64,000 nt of DNA, from the NCBI GenBank assembly GCA_963822885.1, contig CAWGJJ010000001.1:6349-70348 (forward strand), in the 5' to 3' direction. The translations under genes were made by a program, and so were the position numbers. Below the pieces are notes generated by a model. The model was not told where the DNA came from and did no database searches. It was given only the letters and a program-made list of their open reading frames with translations. Shown here one piece after another: positions 28,174 through 36,187 of the stretch (positions are counted from its first letter, which is position 1; each line of letters begins with the position of its first letter). Origin of the DNA: an uncultured Gaiellaceae bacterium. Lineage in GTDB: Bacteria; Actinomycetota; Thermoleophilia; Gaiellales; Gaiellaceae.

Positions 28174-28629
28174 CCCGTCACGCTCGTCGTCAACGGCGAG
28201 TCGCGCTCGCTCGAGATCGAAGGTCGGACGCTGCTCGTCCACGCACTTCGGGACGGCCTCGGCCTGACGGGTGCGCACATCGGCTGCGACACGAGCCAGT
28301 GCGGCGCATGCACCGTGCTTCTCGACGGGCGCGCGGTGAAGAGCTGCACGGTGCTGGCACACCAGGCCGACGGGCGCGAGATCACGACGATCGAGGGGTT
28401 GGCGCGCGACGGCGAGCTACACCCGCTCCAGCGTTCGTTCGTCGAGAACCACGGGCTGCAGTGCGGGTTCTGCACGCCGGGGATCATCCTGACCGCCGCC
28501 GACCTTCTCTCGCGAGGCGGATCGCCGAGCGACGACGAGATCCGGCATTCGCTGCGCGGCAACCTCTGCCGCTGCACGGGCTACCAGGGGATCGTCGAGT
28601 CGATTCGGGCCGTAGAGGCTGCCTCGTGA
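28166..28629 (+). pseudogene. [2Fe-2S] small subunit of a molybdenum hydroxylase (CoxS-like); start disrupted or non-canonical
   Basis: [11 protein letters not shown] and CGFCTPG...CRCTGY cluster motifs. The coding frame is the same frame as the M32 gene and opens directly after its TGA, with no ATG/GTG/TTG. GTG 28166 (8-nt overlap) gives VSDP and then needs a 1-nt correction in the C-run at 28174..28176 to read [12 protein letters not shown]. Confidence 0.8.
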
Positions 28630-29417
28630 TTCCCGCGCCGACCCGCTACGCACGTGCGACCGACCTCGAGCACGCGCTCGAGTTGCTCGGCGAGCCCGAC
28701 GCCAAGGCCATCGCCGGCGGGCAGTCGCTCATTCCCGGTCATGAAGCTCCGCATCGCGCGGCCGTCGCTCGTCGTCGACATCTCGAGACTCGAGCTGCGC
28801 GAGATCGCGGAGCGAGACGGAGAGCTCCACATCGGCCCGCTCGCGACGTGGGACGACCTGACGGACGTCGCGCATCCCGGTCTCGAGGCGATCGCGGAGT
28901 GCGCGCGCGGCATCGGAGACCTCCAGGTACGCAACCTCGGGACGATCGGCGGCAGCGTCGTGCACGCCGATCCCGCCTCGGACATGCCCGCCGTCCTCCT
29001 CGCACTGGGAGCGCGGCTCGGACGTGCGGTCGCCCGACGGGAAACCGTGAGGTGCCCGTCGCAGAGGTTCTCGTCGGTCCGTTCACGACCAGTCTCGGCC
29101 CGCAGGAGCTCGTCACCGACATCGTCGTACCGCTGCCCGCTCCGGGCTCGGCCTCCGCGTACGAATCGGTCGAGCACCCGGCCTCGGGCTTTGCGCTCGT
29201 CGGCGCAGCGGCGCTCGCGACCTCCGACGGCGAGACCGTGGCGCTCACGGGAGTCAGCGCGACGCCGTTCGTGCTTGCTTCCGGCGACCTGCGCGACGCC
29301 ATCGGCCAAGCAGAGATCTTCGGCGACCGCTTCGCCTCCGAGGAGTATCGCCGCGAGCTCGCCGTCGTCGTCGCCGAGCGGGCATTGACACGCGCTCGGG
29401 AGCGGAGAGGCTCGTGA
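28626..29417 (+). pseudogene. FAD-binding medium subunit of a molybdenum hydroxylase (CoxM-like) with three +1 frameshifts
   Basis: GTGA overlap with coxS. Frames go 3 > 1 > 2 > 3, with junctions near 28737, 29020 and 29043. Segments read AIAGGQSLIP|VMKLRIARPSLVVDISRL...GTIGGSVVHADPASD...ALGARL|DVRSPDG|NREVPVAEVLVGPFTT. Confidence 0.8.
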
Positions 29418-31696
29418 CCGACACGGTCATCGGCGTCGCGCGACCGCGCGTCGACGCACCGGACAAGGTCACCGGCGCGACCCGGTACGCAGCCGACGGC
29501 TACGTCCACGGGCTGCTGCACGCACGGCCGGTCCTCTCCACCGAGGCGCACGCGCGCATCCGCGGCGTGGACAAGGATGCAGCGCTCGCCACGCCCGGTG
29601 TCGTGGCCGTCCTCGTCGCAGCCGATCTTCCGCTCGCGACCACGGGTACCGACCGCACCGCCGAGCCGCTCGCGCGCGAGGAGGTGGTCTTCGCGGGTCA
29701 GCCCGTCGCGCTCGTCATCGCCGAGACCGAAGCCGCAGCCGAGGACGGCGCCGAGCTCGTCCTGGTCGACTACGAGGCGCTCGACGCAGTCGTCGACGTC
29801 GAGGCCGCGATGGACCCCGGCGCAGCGCTCGCACGCATCGTCGAGGAGACGGACGACGAGGGCGGCGATCTCGAGTCCATCCACACCGGCGATCAGGCGC
29901 CCGTCGTCCACGGGCAGTCCGACGAATCGGAGGAACAGCTCTCCGGGAACGTGCTCGACCGGATCACGCGCGAGGAGGGTGACGTCGTCGCAGCATTCGC
30001 CCGGAGCGACGCGATCGTGGAGGGGACATTCCGAACGCCCTGGGTCCACCAGGCGTACATCGAGCCGCAGGTCTGCACGGCGTGGCTCGAGCCGTCGGGC
30101 ACGCTCGTCGTCTCGACCAGCACGCAGGGCTCGTTCGTGACGCGAAAGGAGCTGGCTCGCGCGTTCGAGCTCCCGCTCGAGCGGATCCGTGTCATCGCCG
30201 AGCCGCTCGGCGGCGCATTCGGGGGCAAGTTCGCCCTCGTCGAGCCGCTCGCGGCAGGAGCAACGCTGGCGCTCGGCCGTCCCGTTCGGCTCGTGCTCAC
30301 TCGGAGCGAGGACTTCCAGGCGACGAACCCCGCCTCGGCGCAGGTGTCGCACCTCAAGGTGGGCGCCCGCAAGGACGGGACGTTGACGGCGATCGAGGGG
30401 CGCATGATCGTGGATCGCGGCTCGAACGCCGGCTGGGGCGTCGAGGGGATCACGTCCCTGCTCGTCGCCGGACCGTACCGCTGGGAGGCACACGCCATTC
30501 GCGGCTACGGCGTGCAGACGAACCGGTTCACGTTCGGTGCCTACCGCGCGCCGGGAGCGCCGACCGCCGCGTTCGCGCTCGAGTCGCTCCTCGACGAGCT
30601 CGCGCAGAAGCTCGGTCTCGACCCGATCGAGATGCGGCTGAGAAACGCAGTGGTCGAAGGCGACATGGGCATCAGCGGCAACCCGTACCCGACCATCGGC
30701 GCAGTCGAGGTGCTCGAGCGGCTTCGCGAGCACCCGCTGTGGGCCGAGCGCGACTCGCTTCCCGACGACGAGGGGATTGGCATGGCCGCGGGTCACTGGC
30801 CGGGTGGCAACGAGCCCGCCGCCGCCGTCTGCCGGGTCGACACGGACGGGACGATGACCGTCGTCACGTCTGCCGCCGACATGAGCGGGGTGAACAGCGG
30901 ATTCGCGGTCATCGCCGCTGCCGCCTTCGGCCTCTCGCCCGACAAGGTTCGCGTCGTCACGGCGGACACGAGCTCTGCGCCGTACGCCGGCGCGAGCGGC
31001 GGCTCAAAGATCACCTACACCGTCGGTGCGGCGGTGCTTCGCGCTGCCGAGTCGGCCCGCCAGAAGGTGCTCGCGGCCGCCTCGCAGGAGCTCGAGATCG
31101 CTCCCGACGACCTCGAGGTCGTCGACGGCGTCGTCCGCGCGGTCGGCGCGCCCGATCGCTCGATCACGGTCGAGGAGCTCGCGCAGAAGGCACTTCGCTT
31201 CGGCGGCCGCTACGAGCCGATCGAGGGCCACGGCGGATCGGCGCAGACGCTCGGTGCTCCCTCAGTCGCGGCGCACCTCTCCCACGTCCGGGTCGATCGC
31301 GAGACGGGTGAGGTAACGCTCCTTCGCCACGTGATCGCGCAGGACGTCGGCCGCGCGCTGAACCCGGCGCTCGTCGAAGGGCAGATGCGCGGCGGCGCCG
31401 CGCAAGGCATGGGCTGGGCGCTCTTCGAAGAGCTCGGTCACGACGAAGACGGCCGCCTACTCACCGGCTCGTTCCTCGACTACGCGATCCCGACCGCCGA
31501 GCGCGTCCCCGAGATCGAGACGCTCATCGTCGAGGTTCCTGCGCCCGACGGCCCGTTCGGAGCGAAGGGCATCGGGGAGGCGCCGGTCGTCGGCGCCCCC
31601 GCTGCGATCGCGAACGCCGTCGCCGCCGCGGTCGGCACCCGTCTCTATGAGCTGCCGATGACACCGCCACGCGTCTGGAAAGCTCTCCGCTCGTGA
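29414..31696 (+). CDS. Molybdopterin-binding large subunit of the xanthine dehydrogenase/CoxL family
   Basis: 760 aa with a GTGA overlap with coxM. Motifs include KVTGATRYAAD, GGAFGGK, GAYRAPGAP and GIGEAPVVGAPAAIANAV. It lacks the form-I CO dehydrogenase VAYRCSFR signature, so the substrate is unknown. Confidence 0.88.
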   Translation: MTDTVIGVARPRVDAPDKVTGATRYAADGYVHGLLHARPVLSTEAHARIRGVDKDAALATPGVVAVLVAADLPLATTGTDRTAEPLAREEVVFAGQPVALVIAETEAAAEDGAELVLVDYEALDAVVDVEAAMDPGAALARIVEETDDEGGDLESIHTGDQAPVVHGQSDESEEQLSGNVLDRITREEGDVVAAFARSDAIVEGTFRTPWVHQAYIEPQVCTAWLEPSGTLVVSTSTQGSFVTRKELARAFELPLERIRVIAEPLGGAFGGKFALVEPLAAGATLALGRPVRLVLTRSEDFQATNPASAQVSHLKVGARKDGTLTAIEGRMIVDRGSNAGWGVEGITSLLVAGPYRWEAHAIRGYGVQTNRFTFGAYRAPGAPTAAFALESLLDELAQKLGLDPIEMRLRNAVVEGDMGISGNPYPTIGAVEVLERLREHPLWAERDSLPDDEGIGMAAGHWPGGNEPAAAVCRVDTDGTMTVVTSAADMSGVNSGFAVIAAAAFGLSPDKVRVVTADTSSAPYAGASGGSKITYTVGAAVLRAAESARQKVLAAASQELEIAPDDLEVVDGVVRAVGAPDRSITVEELAQKALRFGGRYEPIEGHGGSAQTLGAPSVAAHLSHVRVDRETGEVTLLRHVIAQDVGRALNPALVEGQMRGGAAQGMGWALFEELGHDEDGRLLTGSFLDYAIPTAERVPEIETLIVEVPAPDGPFGAKGIGEAPVVGAPAAIANAVAAAVGTRLYELPMTPPRVWKALRS

Positions 31697-32844
31697 CGGC
31701 GCTCGAGCGAGCGCGCGGCGTCGTCGAGTCCTGGGACGAGCAGCTTCGTCGTGAGCTCCCCGAGCACGCCTACCTCTTCGACGTCCACACGCATCTCGGG
31801 AACGACATCGACGGGATGGTCGGCGACTACGACGAGCTCGGAGGAACGCTCGAACGCTACGGCTTCGCGGGTGCGTTCATGTTCTGCCTCGACGAGCACG
31901 ACCGCGAGCCCGCATTCACCGTTCCGAACGACCGCACGCTCGCCCATGCCGAGCGCTCTGACGGAAAGTTCACGCCGTTCGTCCGCCTCGATTTGACGGC
32001 ACAACCACTCGAGGAGGCGAAGCGCTGTCTCGACCTCGGCGCGCGCGGCATCAAGCTCCACCCGCGCGCGCAGGCATTCGCGTTGAGCGACGAGCGGCTG
32101 CAGCCCGTCTTCGCGCTCGCCGTCGAGCGCTCGGTGCCGATCCTCATCCACGGCGGCCGCGGGCTCCCACCGATCTCCGAGGATCTCGAAGCCCTGGTTC
32201 GGCGGAACGAGGGCGTCCAGTTGATCGTCGCCCACGCCGGGATCGCCGACATGGCGGGCCTCGCGGGCCGGCTCGGAGGCCTTCCGGGCGTCTTCTTCGA
32301 CACGTCGGTCTGGAGCGGGCTCGACCTCCTCGACCTCTACCGCCAGGTCGCGCCCGAGCAGGTGATCTACGCCTCCGACTACCCGTACGGCCGCCAGCCG
32401 AACTCGCTGCTCATGGCGGTGCGAACCGCCAAGCTCGCGGGCTTCGACGACAAGCAGCTCCGGCTCATGCTCGGCGGGAGCGCACGCCGGATGATCGCGG
32501 GCGAGGAGCTCGAGCCGCTGTCGGCGCCGCGGGGACCGACGTCGCTCGTCCAGCCGCTGACCTTCGCCCGGATCCACCAGTACATCTCGATGGCGGTGCC
32601 GATGCTCTGGCTTCGTCAGCGCGATGCGATCGGAGCGCTCGGGCTCGCGGTGAACGCGTCACGCGAACGGTCGAACGGGCATCCCGAGGCGTCCGAGCGG
32701 ATCGAGGAGCTACTCGCGGTCGCTCAGGAGCTCTGGCGTGCGGGAGTCGAGGTCGAGGACGACGCCGAGCGGGTGACGACCTTCCGTGCGGCGATCCAGC
32801 TCGTCAACCTCGCGGACATGGTCTCGCTCACGACACGCGCGTAG
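31693..32844 (+). CDS. Amidohydrolase-2 (metal-dependent TIM-barrel hydrolase) family protein
   Basis: GTGA overlap with the large subunit. It has FDVHTHLG metal ligands, IKLHPRAQ and ILIHGG. Confidence 0.7.
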   Translation: MTALERARGVVESWDEQLRRELPEHAYLFDVHTHLGNDIDGMVGDYDELGGTLERYGFAGAFMFCLDEHDREPAFTVPNDRTLAHAERSDGKFTPFVRLDLTAQPLEEAKRCLDLGARGIKLHPRAQAFALSDERLQPVFALAVERSVPILIHGGRGLPPISEDLEALVRRNEGVQLIVAHAGIADMAGLAGRLGGLPGVFFDTSVWSGLDLLDLYRQVAPEQVIYASDYPYGRQPNSLLMAVRTAKLAGFDDKQLRLMLGGSARRMIAGEELEPLSAPRGPTSLVQPLTFARIHQYISMAVPMLWLRQRDAIGALGLAVNASRERSNGHPEASERIEELLAVAQELWRAGVEVEDDAERVTTFRAAIQLVNLADMVSLTTRA

Positions 32845-32868
32845 CGAAGTCGTTCAAGATCGCAATGC

Positions 32869-32890
32869 CGGCCGCGAAGCGGACGCCTTC
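32869..32890. repeat. Exact 22-nt repeat CGGCCGCGAAGCGGACGCCTTC (copy 1) adjacent to a 9-bp hairpin (32898..32924)
   Basis: Identical to 37396..37417. Both copies lie in convergent intergenic gaps and are followed by TGCGCG and a 9-bp GC-rich hairpin (here CCGGGACTC/GAGTCCCGG, whose loop contains the tag stop codon). Confidence 0.75.
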
Positions 32891-32909
32891 TGCGCGACCG
32901 GGACTCGCG

Positions 32910-33484
32910 CTAGCGGAGTCCCGGTCTTGCGCGATAACAGTGCAGCATGTGGTCGTCGACCATGCCGACGCTCTGCATGAACGCGTAGACCATCGTCGGG
33001 CCGACGAAGCGGAAGCCGCGCTCTTCAGATCCTTCGAGATCGCCTTCGAGAGCTCGGTCTCGGCCGGGAGCTCGGCGAGCGAGCGCCAGCGGTTGACGAT
33101 CGGCTCGCCGTCGACGAACGCCCAGAGGTACGCGTCGAAGCTCCCGAGCTCCTCCTGCACCTCGAGCACGCGCGCTGCGTTCGACACCGTGGACTCCACC
33201 TTGAGCCGGTTGCGGACGATCCCGGAGTCGTCGAGGAGCCGCTCCACGTCCTCTCTCGTGTACCGCGCCACGATCTCCGGGTCGAAGCCGGCGAAGACAC
33301 GCCGATAGCCCTCGCGCTTGCGGAGGATCGTCGACCAGGACAGGCCCGCCTGCGCACCCTCGAGCGTGAGCAGCTCGTAGAGGTGGCGGTCGTCGTGCGA
33401 GGGGACGCCCCACTCCTCGTCGTGGTGGGCGAGCATGAGCTCGTCTTCACCCGCGGCCCAGTCGCAGCGCGTCACGTTCGGCAT
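32910..33484 (-). pseudogene. tag: DNA-3-methyladenine glycosylase I with one frameshift
   Basis: ATG 33484 (MPNVTRCDWA...HDEEWGVP...LEGAQAGLSWSTIL). Near 33023 the frame changes (...ELSKAISKDLK|RGFRFVGPTMVYAFMQSVGMVDDHMLHCYRA), and the protein ends at 32910. Confidence 0.8.
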
Positions 33485-33505
33485 CGGTGGGTAGGATCGC
33501 AGACC

Positions 33506-34159
33506 GTGCGTGCCGCGCTCGTCTTGATCGTCTCGCTCGCGTTCCTCGCCGGCTGCGGAGGCGGCGACGACGGCAGCGACACGACCGAGTCCGTCGCGAC
33601 GGGCACCGACGAGTGTGCGAGCGTCGAGGCTCCCGAAGCCCGCGACCCCGAAACCGGCGAGGCTCCGTCGGCGCCGCTCGACACGTCGACGACGTACACG
33701 CTCACCTTCGACACGAGTTGCGGCTCGTTCACGATCACGCTCGATCAGGAGCTCGCGCCGAAAACGGCTGCGTCGCTGGTCGCGCTCGCGAACGAGGGCT
33801 ACTTCGACGACACGATCTTCCACCGAGTCGTGCCCGGCTTCGTGATCCAGGGCGGCGACCCGACGCAGACGGGCGGCGGCGGGCCGGGCTACTCGACGGT
33901 CGACGTACCGCCGTCCGACGGCAAGTACACACAGGGCGTCGTCGCCATGGCGAAATCGGGAGTCGAGGCGCCGGGCACGTCCGGCAGTCAGTTCTTCGTC
34001 GTCACCGGAGCGGACGCAGGCCTGCCGCCCGAGTACGCGATCGTGGGCGAGGTGACCGAGGGAATGGACGCGGTGATGCGCATCGACGCGCTCGGAGTCG
34101 GCGACGGCCCGCCCTCGCAGCCCGTCGTCGTGTCGAGCGTCACCGTCGCCGAGAGCTGA
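33506..34159 (+). CDS. Cyclophilin-type peptidyl-prolyl cis-trans isomerase, lipoprotein
   Basis: GTG 33506, lipobox LAFLAGCGGG, then FHRVVPGFVIQGGDP and GTSGSQFFV. Confidence 0.85.
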   Translation: MRAALVLIVSLAFLAGCGGGDDGSDTTESVATGTDECASVEAPEARDPETGEAPSAPLDTSTTYTLTFDTSCGSFTITLDQELAPKTAASLVALANEGYFDDTIFHRVVPGFVIQGGDPTQTGGGGPGYSTVDVPPSDGKYTQGVVAMAKSGVEAPGTSGSQFFVVTGADAGLPPEYAIVGEVTEGMDAVMRIDALGVGDGPPSQPVVVSSVTVAES

Positions 34160-34161
34160 CG

Positions 34162-34668
34162 ATGCGCGTGGCCGCGATCGTCCTCGCAGCCGGCGAGGCA
34201 TCGCGGTTCGGGAGCCCGAAGCAGCGCATCCTCCTCCCGCGTGTGCTCGAGCGCCTGCGCGAGACGTCGGTCGACGAGATCGTCGTCGTCGAGGGCGCCT
34301 ACGAGCTCACCGCCGAGGATGCGCGGATCGTGCGCTGCCCGGAGTGGGCACGCGGACCCGGGGCATCGCTCCGCTGCGGCCTCGCGGCGCTCGCGGCCGA
34401 CGTCGAAGCGGCGGTGATCGCCCTCGCCGACGGGCCGAACCTCTCTCCGCAGGCGGTCGACCGCGTACTCGCCGAGTGGCGCGCGCGCGGCGGAATCGTC
34501 GCCGCGTCCTACGACGGGGAACGTGGCCACCCGCTCGTCCTCGGACGGGCCGACTGGGACGAGATTCCGGACGAGGGTCTGCGTGACCGTCCCGTCCGCC
34601 TCGTCGCGTGCGACGACCTCGGCGCGCCGGGCGACGTCGACGTTCGGGATGACCTGGAGGCGTTCTAG
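34162..34668 (+). CDS. MobA/MocA-like nucleotidyltransferase (molybdenum cofactor nucleotidylation family)
   Basis: MRVAAIVLAAGEASRFGSPKQ (LAAGxxxRxG motif), ADGPNLSPQAVD and GERGHPLV. Confidence 0.7.
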   Translation: MRVAAIVLAAGEASRFGSPKQRILLPRVLERLRETSVDEIVVVEGAYELTAEDARIVRCPEWARGPGASLRCGLAALAADVEAAVIALADGPNLSPQAVDRVLAEWRARGGIVAASYDGERGHPLVLGRADWDEIPDEGLRDRPVRLVACDDLGAPGDVDVRDDLEAF

Positions 34669-34901
34669 GCTGTGGCGTCGAGCCCGCGCAGCTCGCTGAG
34701 CTTGTCCATCAGCCCGGGCGGCATCCGCTCGACCGAGCTCGTGCGCACGTAGCGGCGCAGGGTCTCCTCGAAGCGATAGCGGCGTCGGCAGTAGTCGCAG
34801 TCACCGAGATGCAGCTCCGCCTCCTGCCACTCGGCGTCCGTAAGCGTGCGGTCGAGGAAGTCCTGGAGGAGCTCCTCGCAGCGGTCGCACGGCTCGCCCA
34901 C
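34665..34901 (-). CDS. Zinc-binding anti-sigma factor (ZAS, RsrA-like)
   Basis: 78 aa with CDRC...HLGDCDYC (an H-x3-C-x2-C ZAS motif). ATGA overlap with the upstream sigma gene. Confidence 0.75.
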   Translation of the reverse strand: MGEPCDRCEELLQDFLDRTLTDAEWQEAELHLGDCDYCRRRYRFEETLRRYVRTSSVERMPPGLMDKLSELRGLDATA

Positions 34902-35485
34902 TACGAGAGCGCTCCCTCGGCGAGGTGCTGCTTCAGCGCTCGGCGACCGCGGTGCAGACGGGACATCACCGTTCCTATCGGGACATCGAGGATCTGTGCT
35001 GCATCAGCGTACGAGAAGTCACCGATGTCCACCAGCACGACGACGTCGCGGAACTGCGGTGGTATCTCCGAAAGCGCGTTGACGATGGAGTCCTGCGAGA
35101 GGCGCTCGACGACGTCGTCCGTCTCGAGCGCCTCCTCGCCGGCGGCGGAGGCCATCTTGTTCGCGAGGTAGTAGTCCGTCTCCTCGAGCGGCTGCGTCTG
35201 TGGGGAGCGCTGGATCTTGCGGCCGCGGTCGACGTTCAGGTTCGTGAGGATGCGCAGGAGCCACGCACGGAGGTTCGTCCCCGGTGTGAAGGACTGCCAG
35301 CTGCGAAATGCTCTTGCGTACGTCTCCTGCACGAGATCCTCTGCCTCCTCACGCGAGCCGACGAGTCGCCTCGCAACCCGGTACACCTGGTCGGCGAGCG
35401 TGAGGGCGTCCTCCTCGAAGCGTGCACGGTCGCGTGCTTGCAACGCGATCCGCCGTGCTTCGGTGTCGGGGCCCGGCTCGCTCAC
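34901..35485 (-). CDS. ECF sigma factor, SigR/SigH type
   Basis: Region 2 (DLVQETYARAFRSW) and region 4 (SYADAAQILDVPIGTVMSRLHRGR). It is paired with the ZAS anti-sigma factor and preceded by a GGAAT-N18-GTT promoter. Confidence 0.85.
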   Translation of the reverse strand: MSEPGPDTEARRIALQARDRARFEEDALTLADQVYRVARRLVGSREEAEDLVQETYARAFRSWQSFTPGTNLRAWLLRILTNLNVDRGRKIQRSPQTQPLEETDYYLANKMASAAGEEALETDDVVERLSQDSIVNALSEIPPQFRDVVVLVDIGDFSYADAAQILDVPIGTVMSRLHRGRRALKQHLAEGALS

Positions 35486-35507
35486 CGGCGTACCGTACCG
35501 CTGCTGA

Positions 35508-35759
35508 TTACGGGAGCCTGAACGAGCCGCTTGCGTGACCTATTCCCGCTCCGGCGTTGCTTCTGGAAATCCCGGAGCGCGCAAGTGCCTCGACGATCGC
35601 AGTACGCGAGGTCTTCTCCTCGTCCCACTGGAGCGCGACTTCGCCCATGAGATTCGCGTTCGCGTACTCGATGCCCTCGTGCCCACGGAGCGCGCCGGCA
35701 AGCCGTCCGATGCAGCGCTCGCAGCGCACGCCGCTGACGTGGAGTGTCGCGCTGGTCAT
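35508..35759 (-). CDS. Heavy-metal-associated (HMA)-like small protein with an atypical CxxC motif
   Basis: MTSATLHVSGVRCERCIGRLAGAL...EALARSG has the ferredoxin-like HMA layout but VRCERC instead of GMTCxxC. The last ~15 codons overlap the sigma promoter. Confidence 0.5.
   Translation of the reverse strand: MTSATLHVSGVRCERCIGRLAGALRGHEGIEYANANLMGEVALQWDEEKTSRTAIVEALARSGISRSNAGAGIGHASGSFRLP
35521..35546 (-). promoter_or_regulatory. SigR/SigH-type autoregulatory promoter GGAAT-N18-GTT
   Basis: On the minus strand, GGAAT is at 35546..35542 and GTT at 35523..35521, with exactly 18 nt between them. The site is about 36 nt upstream of the sigma start codon. Confidence 0.6.
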
Positions 35760-35812
35760 CCCGGCGATGCTAGCGCCAGGGCTTCGCGCACCGCACGCCG
35801 CGACTCGTGGTG

Positions 35813-36178
35813 TCAGCGTTTCACGCCGTGCACGGGCCTGCCTGCCGCCTCCCACGCGTAGTACGAGGCACTCGGGCCGAAGCCCGACTCGTAACCGACG
35901 ATGCGCGGGTTCCTGCCCACCTCCTTCGCGCGTTGCGCATGCCAGAGCAGGTTCGGGTCGTCGCGCTCCTCCCACACGAGAACGAGGTGCGCAGCGGTCA
36001 TGAACTCGGCCACGAACGAGCAGCCTTCGGCTGGACACGGGAACGGATCGGTCCGTACGCAGAACCATCCGCCGTGATCGCCGTCGTCGTCGCCCTCCCA
36101 GAGTTCCTCGTCCGTCTCGAGGCCGAGGTCCGAGAGCACCGCCATACCAGGACGTAGCTCCGACTCCACGGCGCGCAC
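35813..36178 (-). CDS. Hypothetical acidic protein (121 aa)
   Basis: The ORF has protein-like composition (DEELWEGDDDGDHGGWFCVRTDPFPCPAEGCSF...). I recognise no family. The start may be the second ATG at 36145. Confidence 0.4.
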   Translation of the reverse strand: MRAVESELRPGMAVLSDLGLETDEELWEGDDDGDHGGWFCVRTDPFPCPAEGCSFVAEFMTAAHLVLVWEERDDPNLLWHAQRAKEVGRNPRIVGYESGFGPSASYYAWEAAGRPVHGVKR

Positions 36179-36187
36179 AATAGCCTC

